From NCBI GenBank assembly GCA_016618085.1, contig JABLTG010000002.1, positions 248,001 through 312,000 of the forward strand: a stretch of DNA of 64,000 nucleotides. Reading direction: 5' to 3'. The position numbers were made by a program, and so were the translations under genes. Shown here one piece after another: positions 36,508 through 51,387 of the stretch (positions are counted from its first letter, which is position 1; each line of letters starts with the position of its first letter). Source of the DNA: Neovahlkampfia damariscottae (Eukaryota). Under the pieces are notes generated by a model. The model searched no databases, was not told the origin of the DNA, and saw only the letters and a program-made list of their open reading frames with translations.

Positions 36508-38047
36508 ATGTTGTTCAACTTGATTGTTTATGGAGCAGTTTCTCTTATCTCCATTGCTATTTTAGCTGTTTTGTACAAGTTTTACAAAAGACACAAATTT
36601 ATTTCAAGAATGGAAGAACTGAGAAAAAGAAAAAATTTAAAAGTTATTCCAAAAACTGATTTCTGTTTAGGAACTCACATCAGTGACCCTACAGAAGGTT
36701 TTCAAAATATCATCAATTTTAACAAATATGATGAATCATTTGTGTACATGGATGGGTTTTTAAATGACAGTATAACTATTTTTTTCTTCTTACATTATAG
36801 TTATTTTTATTAATGATGAAGAAGCTGTGAAACATATCACAATACAAAAAAAATGGAAAAAAACTCACACTTCAAATTCAATTTTTCAAGGTTTAGTTGG
36901 AGATGGATTAGTGGCAATTGAAGGTGAAATATGGAAAAATCATCGAAGTTTAATCATGCCTTCATTTTCACAAATGAATGTTAAAAACATGGTCAGTCAA
37001 ATTATTGAAGAAACAAACAAAAAATTGGATTCATTCGAAAAAAATAACAAAAATTTAATTTTTGAACATTTCACTGAAAATATTTCCCAAATCACATTAT
37101 CAGTGATTTGTGCTGTTGGTTTTGGAGGTGATATTGATGGAATTGATGAATTCGCAGAGGATTTTGTTCATTTAGTTGATGATTATTTCTTAGTGATGCT
37201 TGGTCTTGTGTTTATTGGTAAATGGTTCTCAAAGTTACCATTACCTCATAATATCAAATTCAATAAAACTAGAGCAAAACTTGAAAAAAAAGTACTTGAA
37301 ATTATTGATAAAAGAAAGAAAGAAAATGATTTGTCAGGAAGAGATCTTTTGTCTTTGATGATTTGTGCTCAAAGTGAAGATGGGAATAACTTTTCAAATC
37401 AAGAATTATTTGATGAATCAATTACTTTCTTATTCGCAGGTCATGATACGTAAGTGATTGGTATATTGATTAACATTTTATAAAGGACATCAGCTGCTTT
37501 ATCTTATCTTTTCTTTCAATTGGCTAAAAATCCAAAAATTCAAACTGAACTTTTTGATGATATCAATGAATGTTTAAAAGGTGAAGAACCAAATTATGAA
37601 AATATACAAAATATGAAATATCTTCATAATTCAGTAAAAGAAGCATTGAGAATGGCTCCACCTGCAGCATTTGTCGCAAGAGAATGTAGTCAAGATGAAG
37701 AAATTCTTGGATATGCAATTCCAAAAGGAGCTAGTTGCTTCTTGAATATAGCAGGTTTACATTATTCCAAAAAATATTGGAAAAATCCTTACGAGTTTAA
37801 TCCAAAAAGATGGGATTCTTTGGATGAAAAGAAAATGAAATTTTCTTATTTTCCATTCAGTGTTGGCCCAAGAGATTGTGCTGGAAGAAATTTAGCATTG
37901 GTCGAAGCATACCTTATTGCGTCAATCATTTTAAAAAGATACATTGTCACATTTCCAGAAAACTTCAATTCTGATAATGTAAAATTTGATTCAAAATTTG
38001 TTTTGAAGTTGAAAAATCTCAGTATTCAATTGAAAAAGAGAGAATAA
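36508..38047 (+). CDS. cytochrome P450
   Basis: N-terminal TM, WKNHR, FLFAGHDT|TS, KEALR, FNPKRW, FSVGPRDCAG heme motif; two introns. Confidence 0.95.
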
Positions 38048-38156
38048 AATTTATGGACCAATGATTGGTTCAAATTAAAAGTGATTAATTTTTAATATTA
38101 TTTCATTTTTATTTCATTTCCAAATTGTCTTCTTTTCATTGGTCCAAATATTCATA

Positions 38157-39021
38157 ATGAACTCCAACCTGAAAGTGCTCTATATTCAAATTCGTGAAGA
38201 TGAAGAAACTGCGACAGAAGAATATTTATCCTTTGTCAAATATTCTAATTTAAAAGAAGAAAATTTTACCACTTTAAACGTCTTTAAAACTCCTAAGTTT
38301 GAAATTGAAAAAGTTATTGAAAATCATCATGCATTATTTGTCGGTGGTTCAAGTGACGCCACAGTTTTAGGTTAAAAAACCAAACATTCTAATCATAAAA
38401 AAGATAAAAAAAAATATGAATTTGTTGAATATTGCATACAATTGATGCAGCACTGTAAACACAATAAAAATACTTAACAATTTGAAAGGTGAAAAGCATA
38501 ACATTCCTGTATTTGCAAGTTGCTTTGGGTTTCAAGTTGCTTGTTGTGCATTTGATGGAGGTATTTTAAACTCAAAAAAAATATTAATTTTTTCAGGAGA
38601 AGTAATATTAGATGTTGAAAATATTGAATTTGGACCATTAAAAATGACTCATTCAGAACATGCAAAAGATGATATTCTATTCCATGATACACCTAATGAA
38701 TTTATTGCGATAGTAGGACACAAAGAAAGAGCATCAACTTTGCCTAAAAATGCTATTGTTTTAGGAAGTACTGAGAAATGTCCATTTCATGCATTTAAGA
38801 TCAAAGATAAACATTTTTATGCTTTCCAATATCATCCTGAAATGGATAAGATTGATTTTCAAGCAAGATTAGATAGATATTGTAAAAAATATCCTTTTGA
38901 TGAAAAATTTGATGGAATTCAAAGTTTAAAAGATCAAGTGAAAGATATTTCAACAGAACATGCAAATAACTTGTTGAGTAAATTTGTTGAAAGAATTTTA
39001 TTCAAAAATATGAAAGAATAA
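38157..39021 (+). CDS. class I glutamine amidotransferase (bacterial-like stand-alone type)
   Basis: LFVGGSS, PVFASCFGFQ (catalytic Cys), FQYHPE (His-Glu); introns present. Confidence 0.85.
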
Positions 39022-39026
39022 AAAGT

Positions 39027-42000
39027 TTATTGTGTTAAATTTTTCAAATCTTGATAGAAGTATTTCAATTCTTGTTTATTTGGTGAATCTAAAATTTGTG
39101 TGGATGCCAAACTAAATAATCCAGTTTTTGGAATTGTAATTTTAATTTCATTTTTGAATTCTATTTTTTCAATTGTTTTTAAAATGATTTCATTTTCAAC
39201 TGAAAAACCTTCACCAAAAATGAATAAAATTCTTTTTGTCAAAACAGCCATTGTTTTTCCTTTTAATTTAAGGTGTGCAATTAATTGTTCATTTTTGAAT
39301 TTTTTGTCAAAGTAATTATCAAGAGCAAAACGAATCTGTGATTCAACAAATGAATAAGGCTTAAAATATTAGATGAATATTCAAATTTCTTCTTACCACT
39401 AATAACCCATCTTTTCTGAATGTTCTTGGATATCTAACTCTTGTAATATCAGTTCTACCTGTATTTGAAATGCCTTCTGTTGTTTTTGAAAAGAAATTAA
39501 CAACACCTGAGACTGATTTAACAGGTGCACCAATCAATCCTTTACCTACACCTTTAATGAATCCACCAAATCCTTCTTGTTGAGCTCCTGTAACAGGTTG
39601 CCAAAACAAACCTCCTAATCCTTCTGAAAATCCTTCTAACATCTCTTTAGATCCATCTTCTAAACCTGCTTGTAATCCAAATGATTTTTTCTTTGATCTT
39701 TCTTCTTTTTCTTTGATGAATTCTTCATCAAATGTTAAGAAATTTAAACCTTTTTGAACACTCTTTGTGACTTTCGAAGCAGATCCAAAAGTACCATGCA
39801 ATGTACCATAAATCAAAGATTGAGTTCCTCTTCCAATTCCAGATGCAACTTCTTGAGGTGATTGAACTAAAAATATTGCTTGAGCTGGTTCATAAAAGAA
39901 ATCTGAAATACCAGTGTTCACATCTGAAAATAAACCAATTGGATTTCCAATCATATCTAATCCACCAATGATTTTGTAAAATTCCATAGTGACACATCTT
40001 TGATAATGTGTTTTGATTTTATTGATTAATGAATTTTTGGTTTCAAGTGGATTGATTAATATCAAAGATTTCAAACATAAACCAACTTCATCTATTCCTC
40101 CTATTGTTTGTCCAAGTGAATTCAAAACTGTCATAATTGGATTATATGAAATAGTTTCTCCTCTTGGTTTATTGAATTGAAATGATATTGTTGATTTGAT
40201 TGGATGTAATTCAAATGTGTTGAAATAGAATTTTTTTTCATTTTTTGGTTTTTCAGAAACTTTTACAATATCATTCAATTGTTTTTCAACTTCAACATTT
40301 TGTTCTTTTTCATCTTTTTTAATCAATGTTTGAATATATGAAGAAAATGTTTTGATGAAAACATAATCAACTTGAATCATTGCTTCTTGCATCGCAAATG
40401 AAAAATATGGAAATTCAAAAATGGATGATTCTTCAAGTGATTGACAGACTGAAAAATGAATGAATTCTTTTTCCTTCTTTTTGTTTGAAGATGAAAATAT
40501 AACTGGAAATAGACAATATTTTGTTTGATCATTGATTTCTAATCTTCCCATTTTTAATTCAACATATCTCTTTGTTTTAGTTTGTGAGTAACTGAGATAC
40601 AATTTTTCCAAATAGATAAATGCAATTTCAGAAGGTTTATCATTTATCAATGAAATACCTACAGCTGGTGAAACATATTGAAATTGAATCAACTCAATCT
40701 CATCTTTAGCTTTTCTAAATGACTTGTTTGTTTGTAATTTTTCTGAGATTCTAATCAATTTTGTTAATCCTTGTATTTCCATTGAAATATAAATTTTTTC
40801 ATCATTTTCAATTTTAAACTCTGTTGGTTTCATGATTCGATTCAAATCAAGTTCAAATTTGGTTGATTTGATTTTTATTTCAATTTTATGAGTCAAATAA
40901 TTATTATCCCAAGAATATGTAAAACCTGATTTTTCTTCAATTTTCCAATTTGTTTTTTCTTCTCCAATTTGGTGGAATTCAATTTCATTGGATGTTTCAT
41001 TTTCAAAAGTGTATGGGGCTTTATCCATTTTAGAGAATATAACTAATAAATAACCATTATTCAATTGTGTTTCAATGCTCAAGTAAATAATTTCTAATTT
41101 ATCTTCTTCTGGTAGTATTTTGATAATTGATTCACCATCAGAATTGATTTTAAAAGGTTTTGAAAATTGATAATCATTAACTTTAATAGTTAACATTTGA
41201 TCCTTTTCATTCTTTTCAAAATAAAATTTCAAGTATTTTTCTTGATCCAATGGAAATGTATTATCAGTACCAAATTGTTTCAATTGAACAGTTTCTTTGA
41301 TTTTATTGAAAAGAACAATCTTTGGTGAAAATGTGACTATTTTTGTTCTTGAAAATCTTCCAGGAGCCAAATGAATACTATGACAAATATCATAAAATTT
41401 TGAATCTTTTTCTAAAGTGAACGAGCCATCAGCTCCAATTGTTTCAAGAGAAAATATTGATGATTTCTTATCTGATAATGCAGCACTGAATTTTTGTTTT
41501 GGACCCCCTGAATAGAATGTAATACTATTTTCATCATTGAGTTTGATTACATTGTCATCATTGTCATACAATGTAAGTTCCATTCCAGTTCTATTGATCA
41601 TCCAATGAGAAACAAATACAATAATTTCTTTCAAAGCATTTTCTGTGTTGGAAACATAATCATAACGTAACTCTGCTGATTGTTTATTCTTTTCATTTGA
41701 AACTAAAAATGAACTGGTCATCGGCTTATTATTTTTCTTTGAACTTGCATAGACCAAAGAGTATTCTCCATCAAACGTCCAATCACCTGATGGTTTACAT
41801 TTCAAAAGAATGATATTTTTCAAATCAAAATTGTAGAAATGAATTCTTTCTCCTCTTTTTAAAGTTCCGTCTGCAATCTTCAATTCTTTTGATTTCCAAG
41901 TGGTTTTGTCATAAAATTCATAATCCAATGGACACTCTAGTAAATTTTCAAATGAAAAAGGACAAGAAATTTCAACAACATAATCAAGTTTTTCTAATTC

Positions 42001-45000
42001 ATAAACGCTTAACTTTTCAATACTTGAAGTTTCTGTAGATTTTGGATATGTTTTTATGATAGCAAAATAAGCCAAAGTTGTTTCACGAACATTAGTAGAA
42101 GCACATTCTACATACTGAAATTCCAATGTTGATCTGATTAATTTGTCATATTTCAAGGAATCTCCATAGGTTGACCAATCATATGAATCTTTTTGTTCTG
42201 TTGGTTGTACACATAATGTACCTTCAGAAAAAGCATGGTATGGTAACCCGAGGTATTCTCCAGGTTTTACGCTTCCAAAAGTACCTCCACTATAATTCAC
42301 AGTATCTTTGATTGTCCATTCAATTGTTGAATTGTTGAATATTCTTAATCCAGCTCTAATTGTTATCACTTTAATTCCATCTTTCAATTCAATGTCAATG
42401 AAAATGTTTAATTTTTTTCCATCTGTAAAATAATACTGTTGCACTTTTGCAATATCAATCAATTTTTTACCAATACCATCAATGTGAACTGATAATTTAT
42501 TTTTACTTGATATGTTATCAAATTCTAAAGGTATTTCTTCTCTGTCGTTCATATGAATTTTATTAGTTTCATCATTTTCTTTGGTGAAGTACAATGGTTT
42601 TCCGCATTGGTTCTTGATCAAATAAGGATAGAATTTGGTTCTAATTTTATAATCACTTTCTATTCCTTCTTTCCAAATAGTTATAGTTTTTTTTGTAGTT
42701 TCAAGCATGGTTTGAGTGATGTTAATTGAAAGTGGGAATTTTTTAGTTTCATCTCCAATAAGGATTGAATAAGTCATTGGTGTTGACTTGGATTCTGGGT
42801 TCTCTTTGATTTTAAACTGTGCATCAAAGTGAAATGTTTCTAGACAAGGTTCCCATTCACTATAACTTTGATTGTAATAATAAGCTTGTAAAATTGAAGA
42901 AACAGATGATTCTAATGTTAAATTTTTCTGTTTAGTCAATTGCATATTTAAAACAGTTTCTTTGACATCAATATGAAACAAAGGAAAATCTATACCAGTA
43001 AAATCATCAACAATATAAAGCGAATTTGTTTTCATCTTTAAAGTTAAGTCCAATGAAATTTCTTTCTCAGACTTTTCTAATTTTGGTGTGTTCTCTATAT
43101 TTTTAATTTCTTGAGTTATGGTCTTTTGAGAGTTTTGTAACTCTTCAATAAATCCTTTCAACGGTTTCATGATCAAAACAGCACTTTTGACGTCTTGATA
43201 TGACAATGATGTTTTTATTTGTTCAATGCCAATGTTCACTGAAAATTTTTTCATTTTTTCTTTGCTGTGAAAATTGATATCAATCGGATAAGGATGTAAA
43301 ATATATTCAACTTTTTCATCTTTAGAAATGATTGAAGATTGAGGATAAATTGCAATATCAATCACTTTAAAACTACCTACAATGTCTGAACTCTTTGAAA
43401 GATTGATTTTTGCTCCAGCTTCTGCAATGATTAATCTTGAGTTCTTGTCTTTATTGTTTTCTGGAAATGCAACCAAAACTTTTGTAAAATCAGCTTTGAT
43501 GTCCAATTGCATGTTTGATTTCTTTTCCTTTGAGCTTGGAAGAACATTCTTTTGTTCTTTTTTGTCAAATAATTGAGTTAGTTTTGCAACATCTTCTGTC
43601 AATTTTTCTGGATCAATGAATTTTTTAACTGAAAGAATGTAATCAGGAATGAACATGAAACGTAATGGACTGAGATGCAATGATAAAGCAAACTTTGAAT
43701 CTTTTTCTTTATCAAACGAAACCATGTACAGTTGATTTGTTTTGTTTGAAATATTAACTGTTGAAATGATTTCAGAGAATGCACTTTCAGCGTCCTTTCT
43801 TTGATCAACAACTGTGATATCATGTAAAGAGAAATTTCCGTTCAATGAATTATCTGACTTTGTAGCAAGTTCAAAACCTAATTTTTGTACGATAAATTGA
43901 GTGATATGGGAATCATTTTCGTCTGCTAATGTGAAATCCATATACTTCATGTTGACGTTCAACAAAAGTTTCTTTTGGACATCAGAAATCACTGATGCTG
44001 TTTTTTTTGTTTTGATGTCAATTTGATGAATTGGATTCGATTTTCTAATTGAATTGACAGCTCTTTTATCAAAGATATTTTCATTTAATATTTTGAAAAT
44101 AAATTGATATTGATTTCTGGAAAGAACCGTTTCTATTTTTGAAACATCAACTGCAATTTCTATTTCATGTGAAAGGTGATTTGGATTGATCACTACACGA
44201 TCAATTTTAACATTAACATTTGTATCTCTAATAATTGGTGTTAAATTATCAGCAATATTTGTATTCATATTTATATCATTCACTTTGATACTTAATGAAT
44301 CACTGATCACATGATTTTCTTTATGGTCAATAGAATTCTTGATCTTAACAAGTCCTAAACTTCCTGCTATATGATCCACTGATTTATGAGAAACTGGGAT
44401 CATGAATAATGGACTGTGTATTTGAATATCCAATCCAACCAAATTCATATTTACATTTGATTTTTTTTGACTGATTTTTTTTTCTCTTTGTTCTTTTTCT
44501 GCATATTCTTTTAAAATTGGAAGTACTTGCACAGTTGTGACATATTCAAGACATTTTGAAATAAATGTTTGAATGTATATCACTTTAATACACCTAATAT
44601 TAAGTGATAATGATTTTGTGTATTCAGGAACTTCAATGTGGGTGGATGAAACAAGCTGATGATATTTGAATTCAATCAAAGAATCTTGTTTTTCTTTTAA
44701 GCCAATAATTTCTTTGTGGATTGTATTTTCATCAAAATCCAATAAAACTAAATCACCCAATTTTCCAGAAACTTCTAATTCATTTGATCTCACAACCACA
44801 TTCACTTCTCCTGAAGTAACTGAACCAGAAGCAAATAATTTCTTTTGTTCTTCAAATCCAACTGAAACTGAGTCGAATGAAGTGGTAAGTTTGAAATTGT
44901 TGTTTGGTTTTGTAATAGCTTTTTCAGTTACTTTGAAGTTATCTTGTTTTGGTTTGATCAATTTCAAAATATCAATCATTCTAAAACCAAACTTGATAAA

Positions 45001-48000
45001 TTCAGTAAGTATTTCAGGTTCAAAAACAATTGATAAACCAGATAAATGAACTTTGACTTTTGTTTCTGCTTCTTTATCAAAGATATCTGATTTATGAGAC
45101 ATGACATGAACCAAAGAAAAAGAAAGCAATGAATCATGCTCTTTTACATCTTTATATGAAATGATATCTGTTGTATCTTGATATTTAATATAGAATGAAT
45201 TCAATTTTGCCGAAACTGAAACATCATATTTTCGAACATTCACTTCGACAAATAAATTGTTGAGTGAAGTTGAAAGGATTGTCTTTTGTGATTCTTCTAC
45301 AAATATTGAAAATTCTTCCAATAGAAATTCTGATTCAAATAATGTTTGTTGTAAAGAATCTTCATTTTCATCTTTTGGTTCATCTTGAAGAACATCTGTA
45401 TCTCTACCAGATAGCACCAGTGAATTACTATAATCAATGATCATTTCTTTAATTGATTTCATCCATTTTTCAGATGTCTTTGTATCCTCTGATTCCAAAA
45501 CAATTTCAAAAACTCTTTTATCTTGTTGAGGTAGAAGTATTTGAAAAGCTTTTGAATGAACATCTTTTAATGAAACATTTTTGTTAAATATATTGATTTT
45601 CTTTATTGGATTCTTTGATTTTTCTGATTGAAAGATCAAGATCCCAATTTTATCACGAAGTTCAACCCAATACTCTGTTGGTTCTAAATCCTTTGGTGTC
45701 AAGACTTTTAACTTTGAAGCCACTATCAAATCTGTAAATTTAACTCCTCTTGGATTTTCAGCTAAAATCAATACATTGTTCAGTACTCTAACCATGGATT
45801 CAATTTTTTTTGGTGATAAATAAAATTGAATAGGAGAGATTTTTGTCTTCAATTTAAATCTTGAATAACTTAAATTTTCTGGAATTATTGAATTGAAGAA
45901 ATTCAATGATAAATTTAAATCTTTCAAAATCAAATTATCCATTGAAATTTTGTCATTCATTACATCATCAAAATTTGTCATTAAACCATGAATTTCTGAT
46001 AAATTAATATTGTAGAGATCATAAACATCATCATTTGTTAACTCTTTTTTTTTTAATCTTTCTTCTTTTTCTTGGATGTCCATATTGCTTTTAATATTCA
46101 ATTTTCCTAAATCAATCAAGAAAACAGGAGATTCTTCAGATTCACAATTTTGTGGAACTAAAATACGGGGAGCTGCAACAGTGAATTTCATATCAATGAT
46201 TAATTTTTCTTTCAATGCCATTTTCAATTGATTTTCTGCATGTTTTCTCAAGAATGAAATTTTGTTAACTTCTCTGAAATCTAGAGCAGATGGAATGACA
46301 AAAAATGCAACTTGAAGAAGAGTTAAATAAATTATTTAACTTACTGATTCTCTGAATAAATTCATGGTTAAAAACTAAATCTGTTTGTTTGACATCAACT
46401 TCAATTTGAATATCTGATTTTTTTGATACTGGTTTGTAATCAACAAAAATTCTACCCAAATCACCGCCACTCGAAGATGTCTTGATTGATCGACGTGATA
46501 CAATTCTCGAATACAATGAACTATGATTATAGCAATCATTGACATCAAAATCATTCAAATTAACTTCAAATTGTGCACCTGTTTCTCTCAAATCAAATTG
46601 AACATTTAATTTTGATAAATCTGCCTGCAGAATTTTCAATTGAGTTTGATTGTCATCCAAATAAAGTGTTCCTTGATTTATTCTTGCACTGACAGCAACT
46701 TTAATATAATCTTCAGGTAATTTTAATGTTTCAATTTCTTCTGTTTTTGAATAACCAATATCTTTGTATAAACCTAATTTTTGATCTTCTGACAATTGAA
46801 CAATTGCAGGTTCTTCATCTTGTAGTTGATTCCAACTAAACCATTTCTTTTTTTGTTTTTCTTTCTTTGATAAATAATCCAAATATTCTTGATTTTTTTT
46901 TGTTTCAATATCAATTTCACCTTGAGCTAATCCTCTGAAGAGAATAATATCTTCATATGATAATCTTGATTTTATCTCTTTCAACTCTTCTTTTTCTTTA
47001 TCTTCCAATTTTGGTAACTTTTTTGTTAAATCTTTTTTTTCTTACCCACGGAACTTCTTTTTTTCTTTTATAAAGTTCAATGTATTTTTTTCGATCTTTT
47101 CTTCTTTGAAGAACATCTTTCCAAGAAAAATATTTTTCCATTGTTGTGAGATGCGAAGTTTTGACTGAAGAATTATCAAAAATTAAATTGTTCTTACTGA
47201 TATAATCAAGATATTCTTTTGCATTTTCTTTGTTTATTTTCTTCATTGGTTTTATCAATCGATACTAAAAGATGTTTAAAAAAAAAGTAAAAATGAACTT
47301 TTTCAAGTTTTTGAAAGTTGATCATATATTCCAAAACAACTAAAAAATTTGAATATTGTTTATCATCTAAATGAATATCTATTTGATTAAAAATTAAATC
47401 CACCTTGATTTTAGGTTCTTTTAAGTTCAATTTTCCTTGTTGCATTGTCAATTTTAAAACTGGGCTCATTGGAAAAAGTACAAAATTTTTTTGATTACTT
47501 TTGATGAAATTCCTCATTTCTGATTTAAAATCATTTTGAGTGATATCAAGTCTAGTTGACAATAACTTCTTTTTTGGGCATTCATTCTCAAAATAAACTG
47601 AAAACTTCAAAATTTCGAGTATTTTATGAACCATTCCACTTTCAACTTCAACAATGAATGTTTTAATAAAGTTTTCATCACAAGATCCAATAATTACATC
47701 CTGTAATGTCATTCCACCAACAATTGGGTTCTAGATTAAATTAATTTTTTTTTCAATCACCTTTTCATCTGATAAATCTTCATAACGAATATGAACATCT
47801 TTCACTTTTACTTGAAGATTATTTACAATGGTATCTGTTAGTTTTTTAATAAATCCAGCATCTCCACTCTCTTTTTCTTTTTCATTCGGTTTTTGTTCTC
47901 CTTTGAATGTATCATATAGATCTAATTTTTGTTCTTTTAAAATAACCGATTTTTGTTTCTCTTCTTCAGGGCTCCACTTAATAGGTGATGAATTATAAAT

Positions 48001-48333
48001 AAAATATTACTTTACACGATTTTTTAGGTCTTAGAAGTAAGTGAATATCTGATACTTCAACAACAACACTTTTTGAGTGTAATTTACCGACAGGTATTTT
48101 AATAAAGAGATCACCAATAGTTCCTGGATGGATAGTTTATTTAGCTTTTTTTTTGTACCTCTAAGGACAGATATTGGTAAATCAAATTGATCAAAAGCTG
48201 AACCTATTACATTTAAATTTTGTAGGCGAACTTCGCCACTAAGTAGACCAATTTTCAAGTTTTTAGGATCAAAATTTGATACATAACTGCCCAAATGTTT
48301 GTCTAAAATCGACGCGACTATTGATTCGAACAT
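39027..48333 (-). CDS. VPS13: VPS13 lipid-transfer protein
   Basis: Chorein N-terminus MFESIVASILDKHLGSYV, IDLGKL, WEPCLE, VAB region, IGGLDMIGNPIGLF, GVGKGLIGAPVK, RVRYPR; one exon of about 6.9 kb. Confidence 0.95.
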
Positions 48334-48536
48334 TCTTCTTTCTGCTCTTTAAATTCCGGATAAATATCCAATGAAAACAGATCAAAATTATTTTCATTAA
48401 ATCAGATTCAACACAAATGAAAAAAGAAAATTCAATTCCCTTTTCCGAATTGTTTTCAATTGGGAGATTTTTTGAAAAAAAAATACTTGTTTTTATTTGA
48501 TTGGTCATTCAAACTGCTTTGTGAACAAAGTGCACA

Positions 48537-49865
48537 ATGCCACCGAAAGTACAAACCAAAGAAAAACAAAAAAAATCAACAGCTGGAAAAATTTCACAAA
48601 TCTGGTCAATCTTTCTTGATCATTATTTTGGTTTCTTTTTCTGTTCAAAAAAACTTGTTTATTTATTACTTATAATTATCGTTATATGTGGTGGAGCTGT
48701 TGCTTTAAACCAAGGTATTGATTATGTCATGGCAAAATACTATCCATCAAGTTCTAATTCAAGATCTCCACTCTTCAAGAAAGCCGAAAAATTTTACACC
48801 AAAAACGAATTCAGAAAAGCTATAAAACTTTATTCACAAGCAATTGAAGAAAATCCTAAAGATTCTGTCACTTATAACAACAGAGGTTTAAGTTTTTTCA
48901 ATTTAGAAATGAACAAAGAAGCCATTTTAGATTTTGATAAAGCTATTGAATTGGAACCTTTTAACCCTACTTACTATTTCAACAGAGCAAATTATCACTT
49001 TAGAAAAGATGATAAAGTTTCAGCGGAAGCAGATTTTGACCGAGCTATTGAAATTTTACCAGGTAATTTTTTCACAACATTTTAACAATCTTCAGAATTT
49101 TTTGCTGCACTTGTGAATAGAGGTAATTTAATGATGAATTTAGGAAGAAATATTGAAGCAAGAAATGACTTTGAAAAAGTAATAAACAACCCAAAAGCTT
49201 ATAAAGATGTCTTGATTGATGCTTATTACAATCGTGGAAATATCAATACATTGGAAGGAAAAATAGAAGAAGCTCATAAAGACTTTTCATATTGTATCAA
49301 TGAAGCTCCAACTGAATATGTCTTTTATTTAAATAGAGGTACTGTTTCACATAGAAATACCACATATAATGATGCCATTACTGATTTTAATAAATCACTT
49401 GAATTAAGCAAAGGACAAAAATATGATAAAATTTTAAATGCAAGAGGAATGAGTTACATGCATTCAAATAGAACAGAAGATGCCAGAAAAGACTTTCAAG
49501 CTGCAATTAAATATAACGCGAACCCTGATTCATTTTTAGCATTGGGTTTATTGGAAAAAAAATTAAGTAATTGGAATGCTAGTCTTGAGGCTTTTTCAAA
49601 TGCTTTATTTCTTGATAAGGATGTTTTTGAAGCACATTTTAACAAAGGAAATGTTTACTTTCAAATGAAATTTTATAAAAAAGCAATTTTGGCATATACA
49701 GAAGCTTTGAAGATTCATCCTGGATTCGCAGCTGCTTTATTTAATCGAGCTAAATGTTTTGAGACATTAAACATGTATAATCCAGCTTCTATTGATTTTG
49801 ATGCTGCGTTTGAAATTGAACCAAGTTTAAAAACCATGAATATTACGTTAGTAGACATTCAATAA
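48537..49865 (+). CDS. membrane-anchored TPR-repeat protein
   Basis: N-terminal TM followed by many TPRs (YNNRG..., AYYNRG..., AHFNKG...); one intron. Confidence 0.88.
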
Positions 49866-50136
49866 AAGATTAATTAACTCAAATGATATTACTCAATCGA
49901 GGAATTTTTAAAGAACGGTGGTTTGAAATAGTTTGTACTCCAAATCCACAAAACATTCAAAACTTCTCGAATTGGAATTTATGAAAAAAGGAAGGTGATG
50001 TCTCTTTTGGTGAATTTCCAAACACTGTTATATGACCTTCTATTTCGGGTAAAGTTATAACCCTAATTCAAAAAATTTTCTTAAAATGTTGAATTTAATT
50101 GATTGGTTGAAAAACAAAAAAAAAAAATTCACAGCA

Positions 50137-51292
50137 ATGAAGTGGCAAGACATGAAACAATCAAGTCAGACCTTTTCTCCTGGAAAGTTAAGGAGACATA
50201 CTGCTTCATATGAAGAAGATAAAATGTATATATTTGGTGGAACCAGTTACTTCAATTTAGGCTTTGAAGTCAACACCGTAAAAAAAAAAAAAAAAAATTA
50301 ATTCTTTTTTTCAGCTTTTTACCTACAACTTTAAAACGCACAAATGGGACCATATGGTACCACAAAACAATATAAAGTTTGGTTTTTTTTTTTTCTGACT
50401 GGAAAATTAATTTAGACCTCGTTGTGGGCACACTTGTAATATTTATCAAGGAAAACTTTATATATTTGGTGGTTATAATGATCTGTATTATGATGAATTC
50501 TTAAATGACTTTATTGAATGCGACACAAAAACCGGAAAATTTATAACACAAAAACTTTCAAAACATATCGAGTCAAGATTTGGTCACTCTTCTGTAATTA
50601 TGGGAAATAAAATGATTATATATGGTGGAGCTAAATATGATAAAGGTTGGACTTACATGAACGATATGTATACCATTGACTTAGAAACAAAAAGAGTAAA
50701 AGAAATAAATGTAGAACAAACTGTAACTCCACAAGGAGTTCATGGAGCTATAGTACATAAAAATTCAATGTATGTTTTCGGTGGTTTGAATAATAAAGGA
50801 AGATCAAACAAGTTACATCGACTATTTGTAAAATCAAAGAAATACCAATGGGAAGAGATAAAAGGACGTGGTGATATACCATCAGAACGTGCTGGTCATG
50901 CTATTGAAACAGATTCAAAACACTTGTATATTTCTGGAGGGTAAAAAAAAAAAAAAAACTAAAATCTCTTTAGATACAATGGAAATATTGCTCTCAATGA
51001 TTTATACAAATATAACTACAAAACACAAACGTGGACTGAAATTAAGATACCTATGATGACCGGAAGAAGACTTCATTCTTTGATAAATGTAAAAACAAAA
51101 GAAAGTTCGGATTTAGTTATTTATGGAGGTGCATTGGAAGGAAATGTATTCTTAGATGATTTTATATCACTTAAAATTGAAGCTCATGAAATGATGAATT
51201 CATTGTACAAACGTTTAAATGAGTTTAATGATGTCTTGATATTCACAGAAACAGAAGACAAAATGGAAATAGAAACGGAATATCTTTCATAA
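50137..51292 (+). CDS. Kelch-repeat protein
   Basis: Repeated R.GH...YIFGG / IIYGG / YVFGG / YISGG motifs; three introns. Confidence 0.88.
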
Positions 51293-51387
51293 TATCAAAA
51301 TAATGGTATTGTAAGTAATAAAAAAATACGCGAATTTTTTTTTAAAAAAACGGTTTTTTGAATTCACCAATTAAAAATATTCTTAAC

